Source of the DNA: Pelagibacteraceae bacterium AG-422-B15
GTDB lineage: Bacteria; Pseudomonadota; Alphaproteobacteria; Pelagibacterales; AG-422-B15
Assembly (NCBI GenBank): GCA_905182345.1
Contig: CAJJBG010000018.1
Span: forward strand, 6,288-70,287
Length of the DNA stretch: 64,000 bases
Direction: 5' to 3'
Shown: positions 48,921 to 59,873 of the stretch, piece after piece
How positions within the stretch are numbered: position 1 is the first letter of the stretch
Layout of the letters: every line of letters begins with the position of its first letter
Position numbers and translations under genes: made by a program
The notes under the pieces: model-generated
Seen by the model: the letters and a program-made list of their open reading frames with translations, nothing else
Databases searched by the model: none
What the model was told of the DNA's origin: nothing

Positions 48921-50180
48921 ATGAATTTAAAATTAAAAGAACTTAAGAAAAAAACTCCTCAAGAATTACTAAGCTATGCAGAGGAACTTAAGGTTGAAAA
49001 TGCCAGCACACTGCGCACACAAGATATGATGTTTGCTGTTTTAAAAAATTTAGCAGCAGACAATAAAGAAATAGATGGAGCTGGAGTACTTGAAGTTTTA
49101 CAAGATGGTTTTGGTTTTTTAAGATCTATGGAGGCAAATTATCTTGCTGGGCCTGATGATATTTATGTTAGCCCAAGTCAAATTAAAAGATTTTCAATGC
49201 GAACTGGAGATACAGTAGAAGGTCCAATCAGAGCGCCCAAAGAAGGTGAGCGATATTTTGCTTTATTAAAAGTGGATACAGTAAATTATGAACACCCAGA
49301 TAAAATGAAAAATAAGATTAATTTCGATAATCTAACGCCACTTTATCCCGAAGATCAAATTAGACTTGAAACTGAATCTACAAAAAAAGATCTTAGCTCA
49401 AGAGTAATAGATTTAGTTGCACCAATTGGAAAAGGACAAAGAGCAATTATTGTAGCTCCACCAAGAACTGGTAAAACTGTTTTACTGCAAAATATTGCAC
49501 ACTCAATTACTGAAAATCATCCAGAAATTTTTTTGATGGTACTTCTTATAGATGAACGACCAGAAGAAGTTACTGATATGCAACGATCTGTTAAAGGTGA
49601 GGTAGTAAGCTCAACATTTGATGAGCCGGCCTCGAGGCATGTTCAAGTTGCAGAAATGGTAATTCAAAAAGCTAAACGATTAGTTGAACATGGTAAGGAT
49701 GTCGTAATTCTTTTAGATTCTATCACAAGATTAGGCCGCGCTTACAACACCGTCGTACCAAGTTCTGGTAAAGTTTTAACAGGGGGTGTTGATGCCAATG
49801 CTCTACAACGACCAAAGAGATTTTTTGGTGCCGCTAGAAACATTGAATTTGGTGGCTCTTTAACAATTATTTCTACAGCTCTAATTGATACTGGGAGTAG
49901 AATGGATGAAGTTATTTTCGAAGAATTTAAAGGTACGGGTAACTCAGAAATTATCTTAGATAGAAAAGTTGCTGATAGAAGAATTTACCCAGCAATTGAT
50001 ATAGCTAAATCAGGTACCAGGAAAGAAGAGATACTTTTGGCTCCAGATGAGCTTCAAAAAATGTATGTTTTAAGACGAATTCTTAACCCTATGGGCACGA
50101 TGGACGGTATTGAATTTTTATTAACTAAACTCAAAGAGACTAAGAGTAATGTTGATTTTTTTCAGTCAATGAATAAGTAG
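48921..50180 (+). CDS. rho: Transcription termination factor Rho
   Basis: 419 aa. N-terminal RNA-binding domain (GFGFLR) and P-loop [17 protein letters not shown]. Confidence 0.98.
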   Translation: MNLKLKELKKKTPQELLSYAEELKVENASTLRTQDMMFAVLKNLAADNKEIDGAGVLEVLQDGFGFLRSMEANYLAGPDDIYVSPSQIKRFSMRTGDTVEGPIRAPKEGERYFALLKVDTVNYEHPDKMKNKINFDNLTPLYPEDQIRLETESTKKDLSSRVIDLVAPIGKGQRAIIVAPPRTGKTVLLQNIAHSITENHPEIFLMVLLIDERPEEVTDMQRSVKGEVVSSTFDEPASRHVQVAEMVIQKAKRLVEHGKDVVILLDSITRLGRAYNTVVPSSGKVLTGGVDANALQRPKRFFGAARNIEFGGSLTIISTALIDTGSRMDEVIFEEFKGTGNSEIILDRKVADRRIYPAIDIAKSGTRKEEILLAPDELQKMYVLRRILNPMGTMDGIEFLLTKLKETKSNVDFFQSMNK

Positions 50181-50189
50181 TTAATAAAA

Positions 50190-50729
50190 TTAACCTTCAG
50201 CCTGTAAGATAAATTTAGCCTTATAATTTTTTTGTAATTTTTTAAAACCATCCAAATTATTTAAATTAATAATAAAGTAAAACTCAATATCCTTAGGTTT
50301 GCATTTACTTATTAATTTAGCTGCTGCCTGTGCAGTGCCACCAGTAGCAATAAGATCATCAATAATTAAAACTTTATCACTTTTGATGACAGCATTTTTA
50401 TGTATTTGAATTTCATCTTCACCATATTCTAGTTTATATTTTTGTTTGTAGATTTCACCTGGAAGCTTGCTGGCTTTTCTAATTGGGACAAAAGGAAGAC
50501 AACTTTCATTTGCTAAGGCAGCACCAAAAATAAAACCACGAGCTTCAATACCTGCAATTTTTGTAATTGTATTTTGTTTTACGTATTGTGATAGTGCAAC
50601 AATCACTTGTTTAAAAAGTTTCTTATTATCAGTAATAGAAGTTATATCTTGAAATAAAATTCCTTTTTTAGGAAAATTAGGTATTACTCGAATCTCTTTT
50701 TTTAATTGCTCACTTAATTTTTTTATCAT
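50190..50729 (-). CDS. apt: Adenine phosphoribosyltransferase
   Basis: 179 aa with the PRPP motif [14 protein letters not shown]. Confidence 0.93.
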   Translation of the reverse strand: MIKKLSEQLKKEIRVIPNFPKKGILFQDITSITDNKKLFKQVIVALSQYVKQNTITKIAGIEARGFIFGAALANESCLPFVPIRKASKLPGEIYKQKYKLEYGEDEIQIHKNAVIKSDKVLIIDDLIATGGTAQAAAKLISKCKPKDIEFYFIINLNNLDGFKKLQKNYKAKFILQAEG

Positions 50730-52726
50730 ATTAGCTCTGCTAATAAATTAATATCTGTTATAGGCAATGAACAAGTATTATTCTTACATATATAAATAGC
50801 AGATTTTTCTGCAATATTAATATTTTTATAAAATGTAAATTTTTCTGGTAATTGAGACATTGAATCAATCGTAATGATGATGCTGTTATCAGCATAATAT
50901 TTAAAAACTTCTTTTCGAAAATCTAAGTTTTGTTCATTATTATTTCCAGAAATAATGAATAATGTTTTAGACTTTGTAAGATTTTGATTTTTTAAAAAAC
51001 TTGTGATACCCAAATATTGGCTTGAAACTTCTGAGAGTGTTTTTTTGACTAATTTTTCTTGAGCAATAAGGTATTCTTTATTAGATGTAATTATGTGTAG
51101 ATCATAAAAAATTGATATAAGAACAGAGTTTGCATTAGGAATGACATTATCAAAAGTTTGTATATTTCGCATAATCACGTCAGTTTGTTCCATCGAATTT
51201 GTATAAAAACCTCCATTTTGTGAAGAAAAATTAGATAATATGGTGTTTCCATAAGAAATTGAATGATCTAAGTATATTTGACTGCCATCAATCGCATAAA
51301 GCATTAAAGCCCCTTTTGTTAAGTGTACGTAGTCATCCAACATCGCAAAGTGCTTGTTAATATTCATGCAATTAGAATGATACAAACCTTCTGTTGTAGA
51401 CATGGTTTTACTTATGAAGTTAAAAGCGTTTGTTGCAGATTCTAAATATTCACTCTTATTAAACACCACAGAAGCATACGCCATTGCTTCAATTGTTAAG
51501 CCGTTCCAATCGGTTAAAATTTTATTATCTAATAGCGGTCTTATTCTTTTTGTACGATATGCATATAGTTTCTGTAACAGAGACTGTATTTTTACTTCTT
51601 CACCCTCAGTAACATGTAATTTTTCGTATCGACATAAAATATTGTTTTGCTCCCAATTGCCTTCTGGAGAAATGTCAAAAATATTAGAAAAAAAACTTAA
51701 ATCATCTTTTAAAATATTTTTTAATTCGTCATAAGTCCAAACATAAAACTTACCTTCCTCACCTTCTGAATCGGCATCTAGCGCAGAGTAATAACCTCCC
51801 TCTTTATCTTGCATTTCAAGCATGATCCAGCTTGCTATTTGCAGGGCTTTTTCCTTATAAGCAAACTTCTTTGTAACTACATAAAATTTTGTTAAGAGTA
51901 GTAATAGTTGGGCATTATCATAGAGCATTTTTTCAAAATGAGGCACTAGCCAAAATTCATCTACTGAGTATCTGGAAATTCCACCAGCCACATGATCATA
52001 AATTCCACCACTACAAATATTGTCTAATGTAGTTGTAATGATATTTAATTTTTTTGGATCCTTGTCTTTGATAAAAAGATTTAATAAAAAATCATAAATA
52101 AATAATTGTGGAAATTTTGGTGCCCCCCTAAGGCCACCATGCCTTAAATCACAGCTATCAATAATACTTAATTCTGCAGATTGAATTAGCTCTTTAATAT
52201 CTGTAGCTTCAGTGTTTGCCGTATCTAATTTTGATAATGCTTCAAAAATTAACTTCTGATTTTTAGTAATGGCTGAGGGATCATTTTTATAACTGTTTGC
52301 TATAGAGCTTAATACGTCTGCAAACGCTGGAAGACCATGCTTAGCTTCCTTAGGAAAGTAAGTACCACCCCAAAATGGATGTTTATTTATCCCTAAAAAC
52401 ATAGTTAAAGGCCATCCACCTTGTTGACCTAATAGTGCTAGGGCATTTTGATAAATACCGTCTAAGTCTGGTCGTTCTTCCCTATCTAACTTAATATTGA
52501 TAAAATTTTCATTCATAATTTTAGCCGTCTCTTCATGCTCAAAACTTTCATGGGCCATGACATGACACCAGTGACACGCAGAATAGCCAATCGATAAAAG
52601 AATAGGCTTATTTTCATTTTTAGCTTTTTCAAAAGCCATTTCAGACCAAGGATACCAGTTTACTGGATTGTCTTTATGTTGAAGTAAATAAGGACTAGTT
52701 TCTTTATTTAATAAATTTTTAGTCAT
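50726..52726 (-). CDS. Thioredoxin-domain (DUF255) / six-hairpin glycosidase-like protein, YyaL family
   Basis: 666 aa. N-terminal [17 protein letters not shown]...[18 protein letters not shown], typical of the YyaL/spermatogenesis-associated-20-like family. Confidence 0.88.
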   Translation of the reverse strand: MTKNLLNKETSPYLLQHKDNPVNWYPWSEMAFEKAKNENKPILLSIGYSACHWCHVMAHESFEHEETAKIMNENFINIKLDREERPDLDGIYQNALALLGQQGGWPLTMFLGINKHPFWGGTYFPKEAKHGLPAFADVLSSIANSYKNDPSAITKNQKLIFEALSKLDTANTEATDIKELIQSAELSIIDSCDLRHGGLRGAPKFPQLFIYDFLLNLFIKDKDPKKLNIITTTLDNICSGGIYDHVAGGISRYSVDEFWLVPHFEKMLYDNAQLLLLLTKFYVVTKKFAYKEKALQIASWIMLEMQDKEGGYYSALDADSEGEEGKFYVWTYDELKNILKDDLSFFSNIFDISPEGNWEQNNILCRYEKLHVTEGEEVKIQSLLQKLYAYRTKRIRPLLDNKILTDWNGLTIEAMAYASVVFNKSEYLESATNAFNFISKTMSTTEGLYHSNCMNINKHFAMLDDYVHLTKGALMLYAIDGSQIYLDHSISYGNTILSNFSSQNGGFYTNSMEQTDVIMRNIQTFDNVIPNANSVLISIFYDLHIITSNKEYLIAQEKLVKKTLSEVSSQYLGITSFLKNQNLTKSKTLFIISGNNNEQNLDFRKEVFKYYADNSIIITIDSMSQLPEKFTFYKNINIAEKSAIYICKNNTCSLPITDINLLAELI

Positions 52727-52800
52727 TAGAATATGAATTCGACATCACTAATCTTATATGAAACAATCTAAAAATAACAAAATAATATTATCAAATTAAT

Positions 52801-54102
52801 ATGACTATTTATGCTTTATCTACTGCACCAGGTACTGCTGGTTTAGCGGTAATTAGATTATCTGGCCCAAGATCACTTGAGGCATTGAATATTCTAGTGA
52901 AGAATAAAGTTTTCGTACCAGGAAATTTTATAAGATGTAATTTCTCACATCCAACAAATAAAAAATTACTCGATAGAGGGCTTGCTGTTTATTTTAAAGA
53001 ACCAAAGAGTTTTACAGGTGAGGATGTTGTTGAGCTACACATTCATGGAGGATATGCAAATACTACAACAATGTTATCGGCGTTATCACAAATTAACTAT
53101 TTACGACTTGCAGAACAAGGTGAGTTTACTAAGCGAGCATTTGTAAATGATAAACTTGATTTAACAGGCATAGAGGCACTGGGTGATTTAATTAATGCAC
53201 AAACTGAGCAGCAACATGAACAAGCACTATTTCATATGGGTGGCTCTCTTAGTAAGCTTTACCTATCATGGAGAAAAAAACTAATTGAGTTAACCGCCCT
53301 AATAGAAGTTGAACTAGATTTTGCCGATGAAGACTTACCAGCTGATATTTCAAGAAATCTTTATAAAAAAATTGATTTAATTATTCATGAAATGGAAGCA
53401 CACATAGCGGAAAGCAATCAGGGTGAAATATTGCGTGAAGGCTTTAGAATAGTTATTATAGGTGAACCTAATGTAGGTAAATCAAGTTTAATTAATTTAT
53501 TGGCTAAAAGAGACGTAGCTATTGTCTCAGATATTGCTGGAACAACGCGTGATGCTATAGAAGTAAACTTAAATATTGCTGGTTTTCCTGTAATTATTAC
53601 AGATACAGCTGGACTGAGAGAATCTAAAGACGAGATAGAAAAACTTGGAATTGATTTGGCATATTCAAAAATTAAAGAAAGTAACGCTATTATTGAAATA
53701 TTTACTAATCCAGAAAAAGTAAATTTAAAAGAAAGGCATATTGCAGTTTTAAATAAGATTGATTTGATAAAAGATAATTATAAAAAACAAGATCAGGTCA
53801 TCTCAATTTCAGTCATTAATAATATTGGAATAGATTTGTTAATTGATAAGATTGAAAAAATAGTTAAAGACTATTTTCCATCAAAATCTGAAACAATTCC
53901 TACACATGCAAGATATAGAATAGGTGTAGAAAAAATAATTCAAAGTTTAATTGCTGCAAAAAAAATTAACTTGTTTTCTGATTCAGAGTTAGTTGTAGAA
54001 GAGTTGCGATCAGGTATTTATGAGATTGGCCGGTTAACAGGTACGGTAGATGTAGAAGAATACCTAGATGTCATCTTTAGAGAATTTTGTATCGGTAAAT
54101 AA
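52801..54102 (+). CDS. mnmE: tRNA modification GTPase MnmE
   Basis: 433 aa with TIYALSTAPG, G1 GEPNVGKSSLIN and the C-terminal FCIGK. Confidence 0.96.
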   Translation: MTIYALSTAPGTAGLAVIRLSGPRSLEALNILVKNKVFVPGNFIRCNFSHPTNKKLLDRGLAVYFKEPKSFTGEDVVELHIHGGYANTTTMLSALSQINYLRLAEQGEFTKRAFVNDKLDLTGIEALGDLINAQTEQQHEQALFHMGGSLSKLYLSWRKKLIELTALIEVELDFADEDLPADISRNLYKKIDLIIHEMEAHIAESNQGEILREGFRIVIIGEPNVGKSSLINLLAKRDVAIVSDIAGTTRDAIEVNLNIAGFPVIITDTAGLRESKDEIEKLGIDLAYSKIKESNAIIEIFTNPEKVNLKERHIAVLNKIDLIKDNYKKQDQVISISVINNIGIDLLIDKIEKIVKDYFPSKSETIPTHARYRIGVEKIIQSLIAAKKINLFSDSELVVEELRSGIYEIGRLTGTVDVEEYLDVIFREFCIGK

Positions 54103-54143
54103 TTCTTATTGCAATTACCTGTTATTGATTTAATAGATTTAGT

Positions 54144-56021
54144 ATGTCTGTTAATGATTATGATGTGGTAGTTGTTGGGGGCGGTCATGCCGGATGTGAG
54201 GCTGCAACTACAGCAGCCCGAGCTGGAGCCAAAACCCTTTTAATAAGCCATAAATTAGATACTATTGGTGAAATGTCTTGTAATCCAGCTATTGGTGGGT
54301 TGGGTAAAGGTCATCTGGTCAGAGAAATTGATGCTCTAGACGGTATCATGGGTCGAATTGCAGACCTTTCCAGCATACAATATAGACTATTAAACCGTAA
54401 AAAAGGACCAGCTGTTAGGGGTCCTAGAGCTCAAGCAGATAGAAAGCTTTATAAAAAATTTATGCAGCAAGAAATTTTAAACTATCCAAATCTGGATTGT
54501 TTATACGATCCGGTTGAAGACTTATTATTGGAAAATAAAAATCAGGTTATAGGTGTTAGTTGTAGTTCTGGTAAAACTATTAAAGCAAAAAGAGTTATTA
54601 TAACAACTGGTACTTTTTTAAATGGTGTAATTCATATTGGTGAAAAACAAATCTCAGCTGGCAGACATGGTGATGCACCATCAATCGGTTTAGCTAAATC
54701 TTTATATGGTGCAGGCTTTCAACTTGGTAGACTTAAAACAGGAACACCAGCAAGGCTTGATAAGGACACAATAAATTATTCAATATTAGAGGAGCAGGGG
54801 GCTGATGATGAACATTCTTATTTTTCATTTATGACAGACAAAACTTTCAATGAACAAGTGCCATGTCATATCACATATACCAATGTAGATGTTCATGATA
54901 TTATTCAAAAAAACATAACAAAATCAGCTATTTATTCAGGGCAAATTAAAAGCACCGGCCCAAGGTACTGTCCTTCAGTTGAAGATAAAGTGAATCGGTT
55001 TGCCGATAAAACAAGACATCAAATTTTTTTAGAACCTGAGGGTTTAACTAGTCAAACAATTTATCCAAATGGAATATCAACCTCATTACCGGAGAGTGTT
55101 CAATCAGAATTTATAAGTAAAATCAAAGGCTTAGAGAATGTTAAAATTATAAGGCCAGGTTATGCAATTGAATATGATTACATAGATCCTCGTGAGCTAA
55201 ATCAAACCTTAGAAACAAAAAAAATAAAAGGTCTTTATCTGGCGGGACAAATTAATGGTACAACAGGATACGAAGAGGCCGCAGCTCAGGGATTGGTAGC
55301 TGGCTTAAATGCTGCTTTATCAATTAAAAATAAAGAACATATATTCCAAAGAAGCAGTTCATATATTGGAGTAATGGTTGATGACTTAACATTAAAGGGA
55401 GTATCAGAGCCATATAGAATGTTTACATCAAGGGCAGAATACAGACTAACCTTGAGGTCAGATAATGCTGATTTACGATTAACGCCTATTGCGCAAGAAC
55501 TAAATATAACAACCAAATCAAGATCAGAACGGTTTGATAGTAAGGTTAAAATTCTTGAAAATGCCCAAAAGACCTTAAGAAGTATAGAATTTACGCCAAA
55601 TTTTATTGAAAAATTTAATGTAAATATTAATAAAGATGGAAAAAGACGCACTGCACTGGATTTATTATCTTATCCAGAAGTTGGCTTTAAAAAAATATCT
55701 TCAATATGGCCTAATCTAGAGAGCCTTAAATTAAACAAGGATATAGTTGAGCAAATTGAAATACAGGCTCATTACAAAGGATATTTGAGAAAACAAAACA
55801 GCGATATTATTAGCCTAAAAAGAGATGAAAGTGTCAAAATACCACATGCTTTTGACTACTTTCAATTATCAAGTTTATCTAACGAGCTAAAAGAAAAGCT
55901 AGATAAGACCAGACCTACAAATATTAGCCAGGCAAGTAGAATTGAAGGCATGAGTCCAGCAGCTATAAACCTCATATTATCTATAATAAAAAGTAGGGCC
56001 AAAAGTAAAAAAATAGCTTAG
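54144..56021 (+). CDS. mnmG: tRNA uridine 5-carboxymethylaminomethyl modification enzyme MnmG (GidA)
   Basis: 625 aa. FAD motif [14 protein letters not shown], plus GPRYCPS and [13 protein letters not shown]. Confidence 0.98.
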   Translation: MSVNDYDVVVVGGGHAGCEAATTAARAGAKTLLISHKLDTIGEMSCNPAIGGLGKGHLVREIDALDGIMGRIADLSSIQYRLLNRKKGPAVRGPRAQADRKLYKKFMQQEILNYPNLDCLYDPVEDLLLENKNQVIGVSCSSGKTIKAKRVIITTGTFLNGVIHIGEKQISAGRHGDAPSIGLAKSLYGAGFQLGRLKTGTPARLDKDTINYSILEEQGADDEHSYFSFMTDKTFNEQVPCHITYTNVDVHDIIQKNITKSAIYSGQIKSTGPRYCPSVEDKVNRFADKTRHQIFLEPEGLTSQTIYPNGISTSLPESVQSEFISKIKGLENVKIIRPGYAIEYDYIDPRELNQTLETKKIKGLYLAGQINGTTGYEEAAAQGLVAGLNAALSIKNKEHIFQRSSSYIGVMVDDLTLKGVSEPYRMFTSRAEYRLTLRSDNADLRLTPIAQELNITTKSRSERFDSKVKILENAQKTLRSIEFTPNFIEKFNVNINKDGKRRTALDLLSYPEVGFKKISSIWPNLESLKLNKDIVEQIEIQAHYKGYLRKQNSDIISLKRDESVKIPHAFDYFQLSSLSNELKEKLDKTRPTNISQASRIEGMSPAAINLILSIIKSRAKSKKIA

Positions 56022-56030
56022 TACTCTATT

Positions 56031-56678
56031 ATGAGTAATGAATTGGATGTTTTTCTTGAAAATAATACTAATGTTTCACGTGAAACAATCGAAAAATTAG
56101 CAGTTTTCAGGTCATTTCTTATTGAAAAAAACCAGCAGTTCAATCTAGTTTCTAAAAATGAAATAAGCAAAATATGGATAAGACATATCCAGGATTCATT
56201 AAGGCTTTTAAGTCTATTGGAACAAAAAAAAGATACATTAACCACAGTATTAGATATAGGATCGGGTGGAGGTTTTCCAGCTATTCCAATAGCAATAGCA
56301 CTAAGAAATCAAAACTATCACTTTACTTTATGTGAAAGTATTAGAAAAAAATCTAATTTTCTAAGTATGTCATCCGATTTACTTGAGTTAACAAACACTA
56401 AAATTATTAATAGTCGAGTAGAAGATATAATTAATATTAGCTTTGATGTAATTACATGTAGAGCTGTAGCCAAATTAAGTAATATTTTTACTTATACACA
56501 TCATCTACTAAAACAAAACAGTGTATTTTTACTACATAAGGGTATAAAAGTTGAAGAAGAAATAATTAATGCTAACAAACAATGGTTTTTTGAACATGAA
56601 TTAATTGAAAATAAGCTTGAAGAAGGCTCATTTATATTAAAAGTAAAAAATCTTAAAAAACACAATAAAATCAAGTAG
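56031..56678 (+). CDS. rsmG: 16S rRNA (guanine527-N7)-methyltransferase RsmG (GidB)
   Basis: 215 aa with the SAM motif LDIGSGGGFPAIPIAI. Sits in the mnmG-rsmG-parA-parB order. Confidence 0.92.
   Translation: MSNELDVFLENNTNVSRETIEKLAVFRSFLIEKNQQFNLVSKNEISKIWIRHIQDSLRLLSLLEQKKDTLTTVLDIGSGGGFPAIPIAIALRNQNYHFTLCESIRKKSNFLSMSSDLLELTNTKIINSRVEDIINISFDVITCRAVAKLSNIFTYTHHLLKQNSVFLLHKGIKVEEEIINANKQWFFEHELIENKLEEGSFILKVKNLKKHNKIK
56072..56087. other. parS centromere-like site (perfect 16-bp palindrome) inside rsmG
   Basis: TGTTTCACGTGAAACA at 56072-56087 equals the canonical ParB-binding consensus. It encodes VSRET of RsmG, and lies 0.6 kb upstream of parA and about 9.8 kb from the putative oriC. Confidence 0.85.
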
Positions 56679-56705
56679 TTAGTGTTAAACTATATATAAT
56701 TAAAT

Positions 56706-57494
56706 ATGCTAAGTAATATAATCGCAATTTGTAATCAAAAAGGTGGTGTTGGTAAAACGACAACAGCCATAAATCTAGCTGCTGCATTATCCGCAGTTGG
56801 AAAAAAAATTTTAATAATTGATCTGGACCCTCAAGGTAATGCCAGTACAGGGCTTGGAGTAGAATACTCAAATAGAAAAAAATCTATCTATGAGGCCTTA
56901 GCAAAATCAATTCCTTTTGACGAAAGTATACAACAAACCCAGTTAGAAAATTTATATATAGTTCCATCTAACGTTGAATTGTCAGGTATTGAATCTGAAC
57001 TTGCCAATGACAAAGATAAAGCATTTATATTAAAATCTTTACTTAACAACTCAACTACAATTAAAACTTTTGATTATATTTTTATTGACTGTCCCCCTGC
57101 GCTTAGCTTGTTGACTGTCATGGCTATGACAGCAGCTAACTCTGTCCTGGTTCCATTACAATGTGAGTTTTTTGCACTTGAGGGGCTAAGTCAATTAATA
57201 AAAACAGTTGATCGAGTTCAAAAAAATCTTAACCCTGAATTATCTATTGATGGAATAATTCTTACTATGTTTGATAAAAGAAATAAGCTCTCAACACAAG
57301 TTGCTGTGGATGTTAAAAAACATTTACAAGAAAAAGTTTTTGATACAATGATACCAAGAAATGTAAGAGTTTCAGAAGCTCCATCATTTGGAATGCCTGT
57401 AGTTATCTATGATAGAAAATCAAAAGGTAGCCAGGCTTATTTAAAGCTCGCAAATGAAATTATTAAAAAAAATGATAATAGGGAGGCAGCGTAA
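56706..57494 (+). CDS. parA: Chromosome partitioning ATPase ParA
   Basis: 262 aa with the deviant Walker A NQKGGVGKTTTAINLA. Confidence 0.95.
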   Translation: MLSNIIAICNQKGGVGKTTTAINLAAALSAVGKKILIIDLDPQGNASTGLGVEYSNRKKSIYEALAKSIPFDESIQQTQLENLYIVPSNVELSGIESELANDKDKAFILKSLLNNSTTIKTFDYIFIDCPPALSLLTVMAMTAANSVLVPLQCEFFALEGLSQLIKTVDRVQKNLNPELSIDGIILTMFDKRNKLSTQVAVDVKKHLQEKVFDTMIPRNVRVSEAPSFGMPVVIYDRKSKGSQAYLKLANEIIKKNDNREAA

Positions 57495-57496
57495 AA

Positions 57497-58351
57497 ATGG
57501 ATATTTCTAAAAAAGGCTTAGGTAGAGGCTTATCTTCTTTAATGGGCGAAACAAGTACAGAAGTTGTTCAAATACAAAACTCTACTTCTGAGATAAAAAT
57601 TCCTATCTCCAAACTTAAACCAAGCTCAATACAGCCACGTAGATTATTTGATAAAAATAGCATCAATGAATTAGCTGAATCTATTAAAGCCAAGGGTTTA
57701 GTACAACCTATCTTAGTAAGGCCGTCTAAATCTCAAAATGGTGAATATGAAATTATTGCTGGAGAGAGAAGATGGAGAGCTGCACAAATTGCACAATTAC
57801 ATGAGTTACCTGCAGTTATAAAAAATTTAGACGATGCAGAGGCCTTAGAAATGGCAATTATTGAAAATGTTCAAAGAGCTGACTTGTCACCAATTGAAGA
57901 AGCTGCTGGTTATAAAAAATTGATGGAACAATACAATCATACACAAGAAGCTTTAGCGCCAATAATTGGTAAAAGTAGAAGCCACATTGCTAATATTATA
58001 AGACTTCTAAATCTCCCAGCATCTATTCAAGATATGATTAGCCAAGGCATAATCTCTTCAGGCCACGCAAGGGCAATTATGAATGCAGCATTTCCAGAAC
58101 AACTTGCTAAAAAAATTGTAGATGAAAATTTGTCAGTTAGACAAGCAGAAAAGCTTGCTAAAGATGCTAAAATTAAGACAGCTAAAATAAAGCCAAAAGC
58201 TCCCGATACAATTGACTTAGAACAAAAAATATCAGAAGTGTTAGGGCTTGAGGCTGTTATTACTGATAATGGTAAGCGTGGTGGCTCGATTAAAATTAAA
58301 TATAAAACATTAGATCAATTAGAGCTTGTAACTAGTAAACTTAAAAAATAA
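57497..58351 (+). CDS. parB: Chromosome partitioning protein ParB
   Basis: 284 aa with the ParB box IIAGERRWRAAQIA and an HTH region. Confidence 0.95.
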   Translation: MDISKKGLGRGLSSLMGETSTEVVQIQNSTSEIKIPISKLKPSSIQPRRLFDKNSINELAESIKAKGLVQPILVRPSKSQNGEYEIIAGERRWRAAQIAQLHELPAVIKNLDDAEALEMAIIENVQRADLSPIEEAAGYKKLMEQYNHTQEALAPIIGKSRSHIANIIRLLNLPASIQDMISQGIISSGHARAIMNAAFPEQLAKKIVDENLSVRQAEKLAKDAKIKTAKIKPKAPDTIDLEQKISEVLGLEAVITDNGKRGGSIKIKYKTLDQLELVTSKLKK

Positions 58352-59374
58352 TTATTTAAAAAATTGTTGACCGCGTGCAGCAATATTTATTAAAGCTCGC
58401 TCACATAATATATTGGTTAATTCATAGTTTGATTTACAGCTTAACTCAGCATCAACTAATAGATTAAAATTATAGACAGTTTCATTAATAGGCCACTTCA
58501 TACAGTGTGTTTTAAAGCTGTCTTTATCTTTCCAGAATACAGGCGGTTTAAGTGACTTTATGGCCGTATCAAAGTTATTTGTTTTTTTTAGCTCAATTTG
58601 AGTTGTCTGTATTCTATTAACATAATTAAGCATAGTTCTTATGACGGCAACAGGACTTGTACCTTCAGAGAACATTTTATTCAAATTTATTGATACTTTA
58701 TTTGGCAGACCAGAAAGAACATATTGAGATATTTTATTTAATCCAAGGTCAGCACTATCGTTAAATATTGCCTTAATATTTTTTAACGTTGGAATCAAAT
58801 CATTATCTAAATATAATAAAACAATCTTATCAATTTCATTTTTTGAAATCATTCTATCAGTGCTTAAATTTTGACTTAAGTAGCTTTTAGACTCTCTATC
58901 TAAGACTTTTTTAATATTTTTTTCTAAATCTTGTATCAATTGACTATTAGATCTGGAGTCATCTTCATAATTTGCAGTCGCTATAAATATTTCTGAGGTT
59001 TCAAAAAACTTTCGTATTTTTGAAGTTTTCCCTAAATTATTAGCTAATATTATAATTAATGTAAAATCAGGTATTTGACTAAAAGCTTCTTCAAATACTT
59101 CAATATTTTTATCACTTGCATGTTCTATTAAAATTATTTTTTGACTATGAAACATAGATACAGTTTGAATTTCATCTAAAAGAAGTTCAGGTTTATCAAT
59201 TAGTGACTTGCCTGTAAAATTGATCTCTTCTGTATTCTCTGAACTAAAAATATTTTTAATTTTTATAAAGTTGTCTCTTACAAGACCTTCATTTGGACCA
59301 TACAACAATATCGGTGGATATTTTTTTTGTTGCTTTTTAAATGCTTCAATTAATTGGTATTCCTTAATCAGCAT
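58352..59374 (-). CDS. holA: DNA polymerase III delta subunit
   Basis: 340 aa. The start PPILLYGPNEGLVRD is delta-like. Position downstream of lptE matches the leuS-lptE-holA synteny. Sequence motifs are weak. Confidence 0.78.
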   Translation of the reverse strand: MLIKEYQLIEAFKKQQKKYPPILLYGPNEGLVRDNFIKIKNIFSSENTEEINFTGKSLIDKPELLLDEIQTVSMFHSQKIILIEHASDKNIEVFEEAFSQIPDFTLIIILANNLGKTSKIRKFFETSEIFIATANYEDDSRSNSQLIQDLEKNIKKVLDRESKSYLSQNLSTDRMISKNEIDKIVLLYLDNDLIPTLKNIKAIFNDSADLGLNKISQYVLSGLPNKVSINLNKMFSEGTSPVAVIRTMLNYVNRIQTTQIELKKTNNFDTAIKSLKPPVFWKDKDSFKTHCMKWPINETVYNFNLLVDAELSCKSNYELTNILCERALINIAARGQQFFK

Positions 59375-59382
59375 ATTAAATT

Positions 59383-59871
59383 CTACTCGTTAATTTTACT
59401 CTGCACTAAAATTCTTACTAACTGTATTGCCTCTAATACTGCTGATTCCAATGCATTTTTTCTTAACTGAGTGTTAGTATATTCAGAGCTGGACACATCA
59501 TAATTTGCAAAGCCTTGCGTTTTTGCGCTATAGATAAGTTCTTTATCCTTTACTTTCATTATATTGAAAACAATGAGGGCTTCGATTCTGTATTCACTAA
59601 CAGAACCGTCAGACTTAACATTAACTGCAACTTCTTTTTCGGTGACATTAAGCTTAACTTTAAACTCAGCATCACCTGCATTTGAATTCATTAGATTATT
59701 ATTAACTACCTGTCTTATTTCATAAGCGGCATCATTTTCAATACTATATAAAACTAAGGTTTGATTTATTTCACTTTCAGAAATTTTATAAGTAGGTTTA
59801 AAACCACAATTAATTAATAAAGTGGAGGTAAAAATTATTAGTGCTAATTTTATTATTATATTTAGGTGCAT
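59383..59871 (-). CDS. lptE: LPS-assembly lipoprotein LptE
   Basis: 162 aa. Signal peptide plus lipobox LLINCGFKPTY (CGF+P is typical of LptE). Located between leuS-side genes and holA. Confidence 0.8.
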   Translation of the reverse strand: MHLNIIIKLALIIFTSTLLINCGFKPTYKISESEINQTLVLYSIENDAAYEIRQVVNNNLMNSNAGDAEFKVKLNVTEKEVAVNVKSDGSVSEYRIEALIVFNIMKVKDKELIYSAKTQGFANYDVSSSEYTNTQLRKNALESAVLEAIQLVRILVQSKINE

Positions 59872-59873
59872 AT

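Noticed and set aside
55286-55651. 121-aa minus-strand ORF inside mnmG, and similar nested antisense ORFs at 3170-3475, 24183-24491, 29002-29331, 36111-36431, 51402-51734 and 63435-63737
   Set aside because: Each lies wholly inside a confidently recognised housekeeping gene on the opposite strand. None has a recognisable domain or motif. All are typical shadow ORFs.
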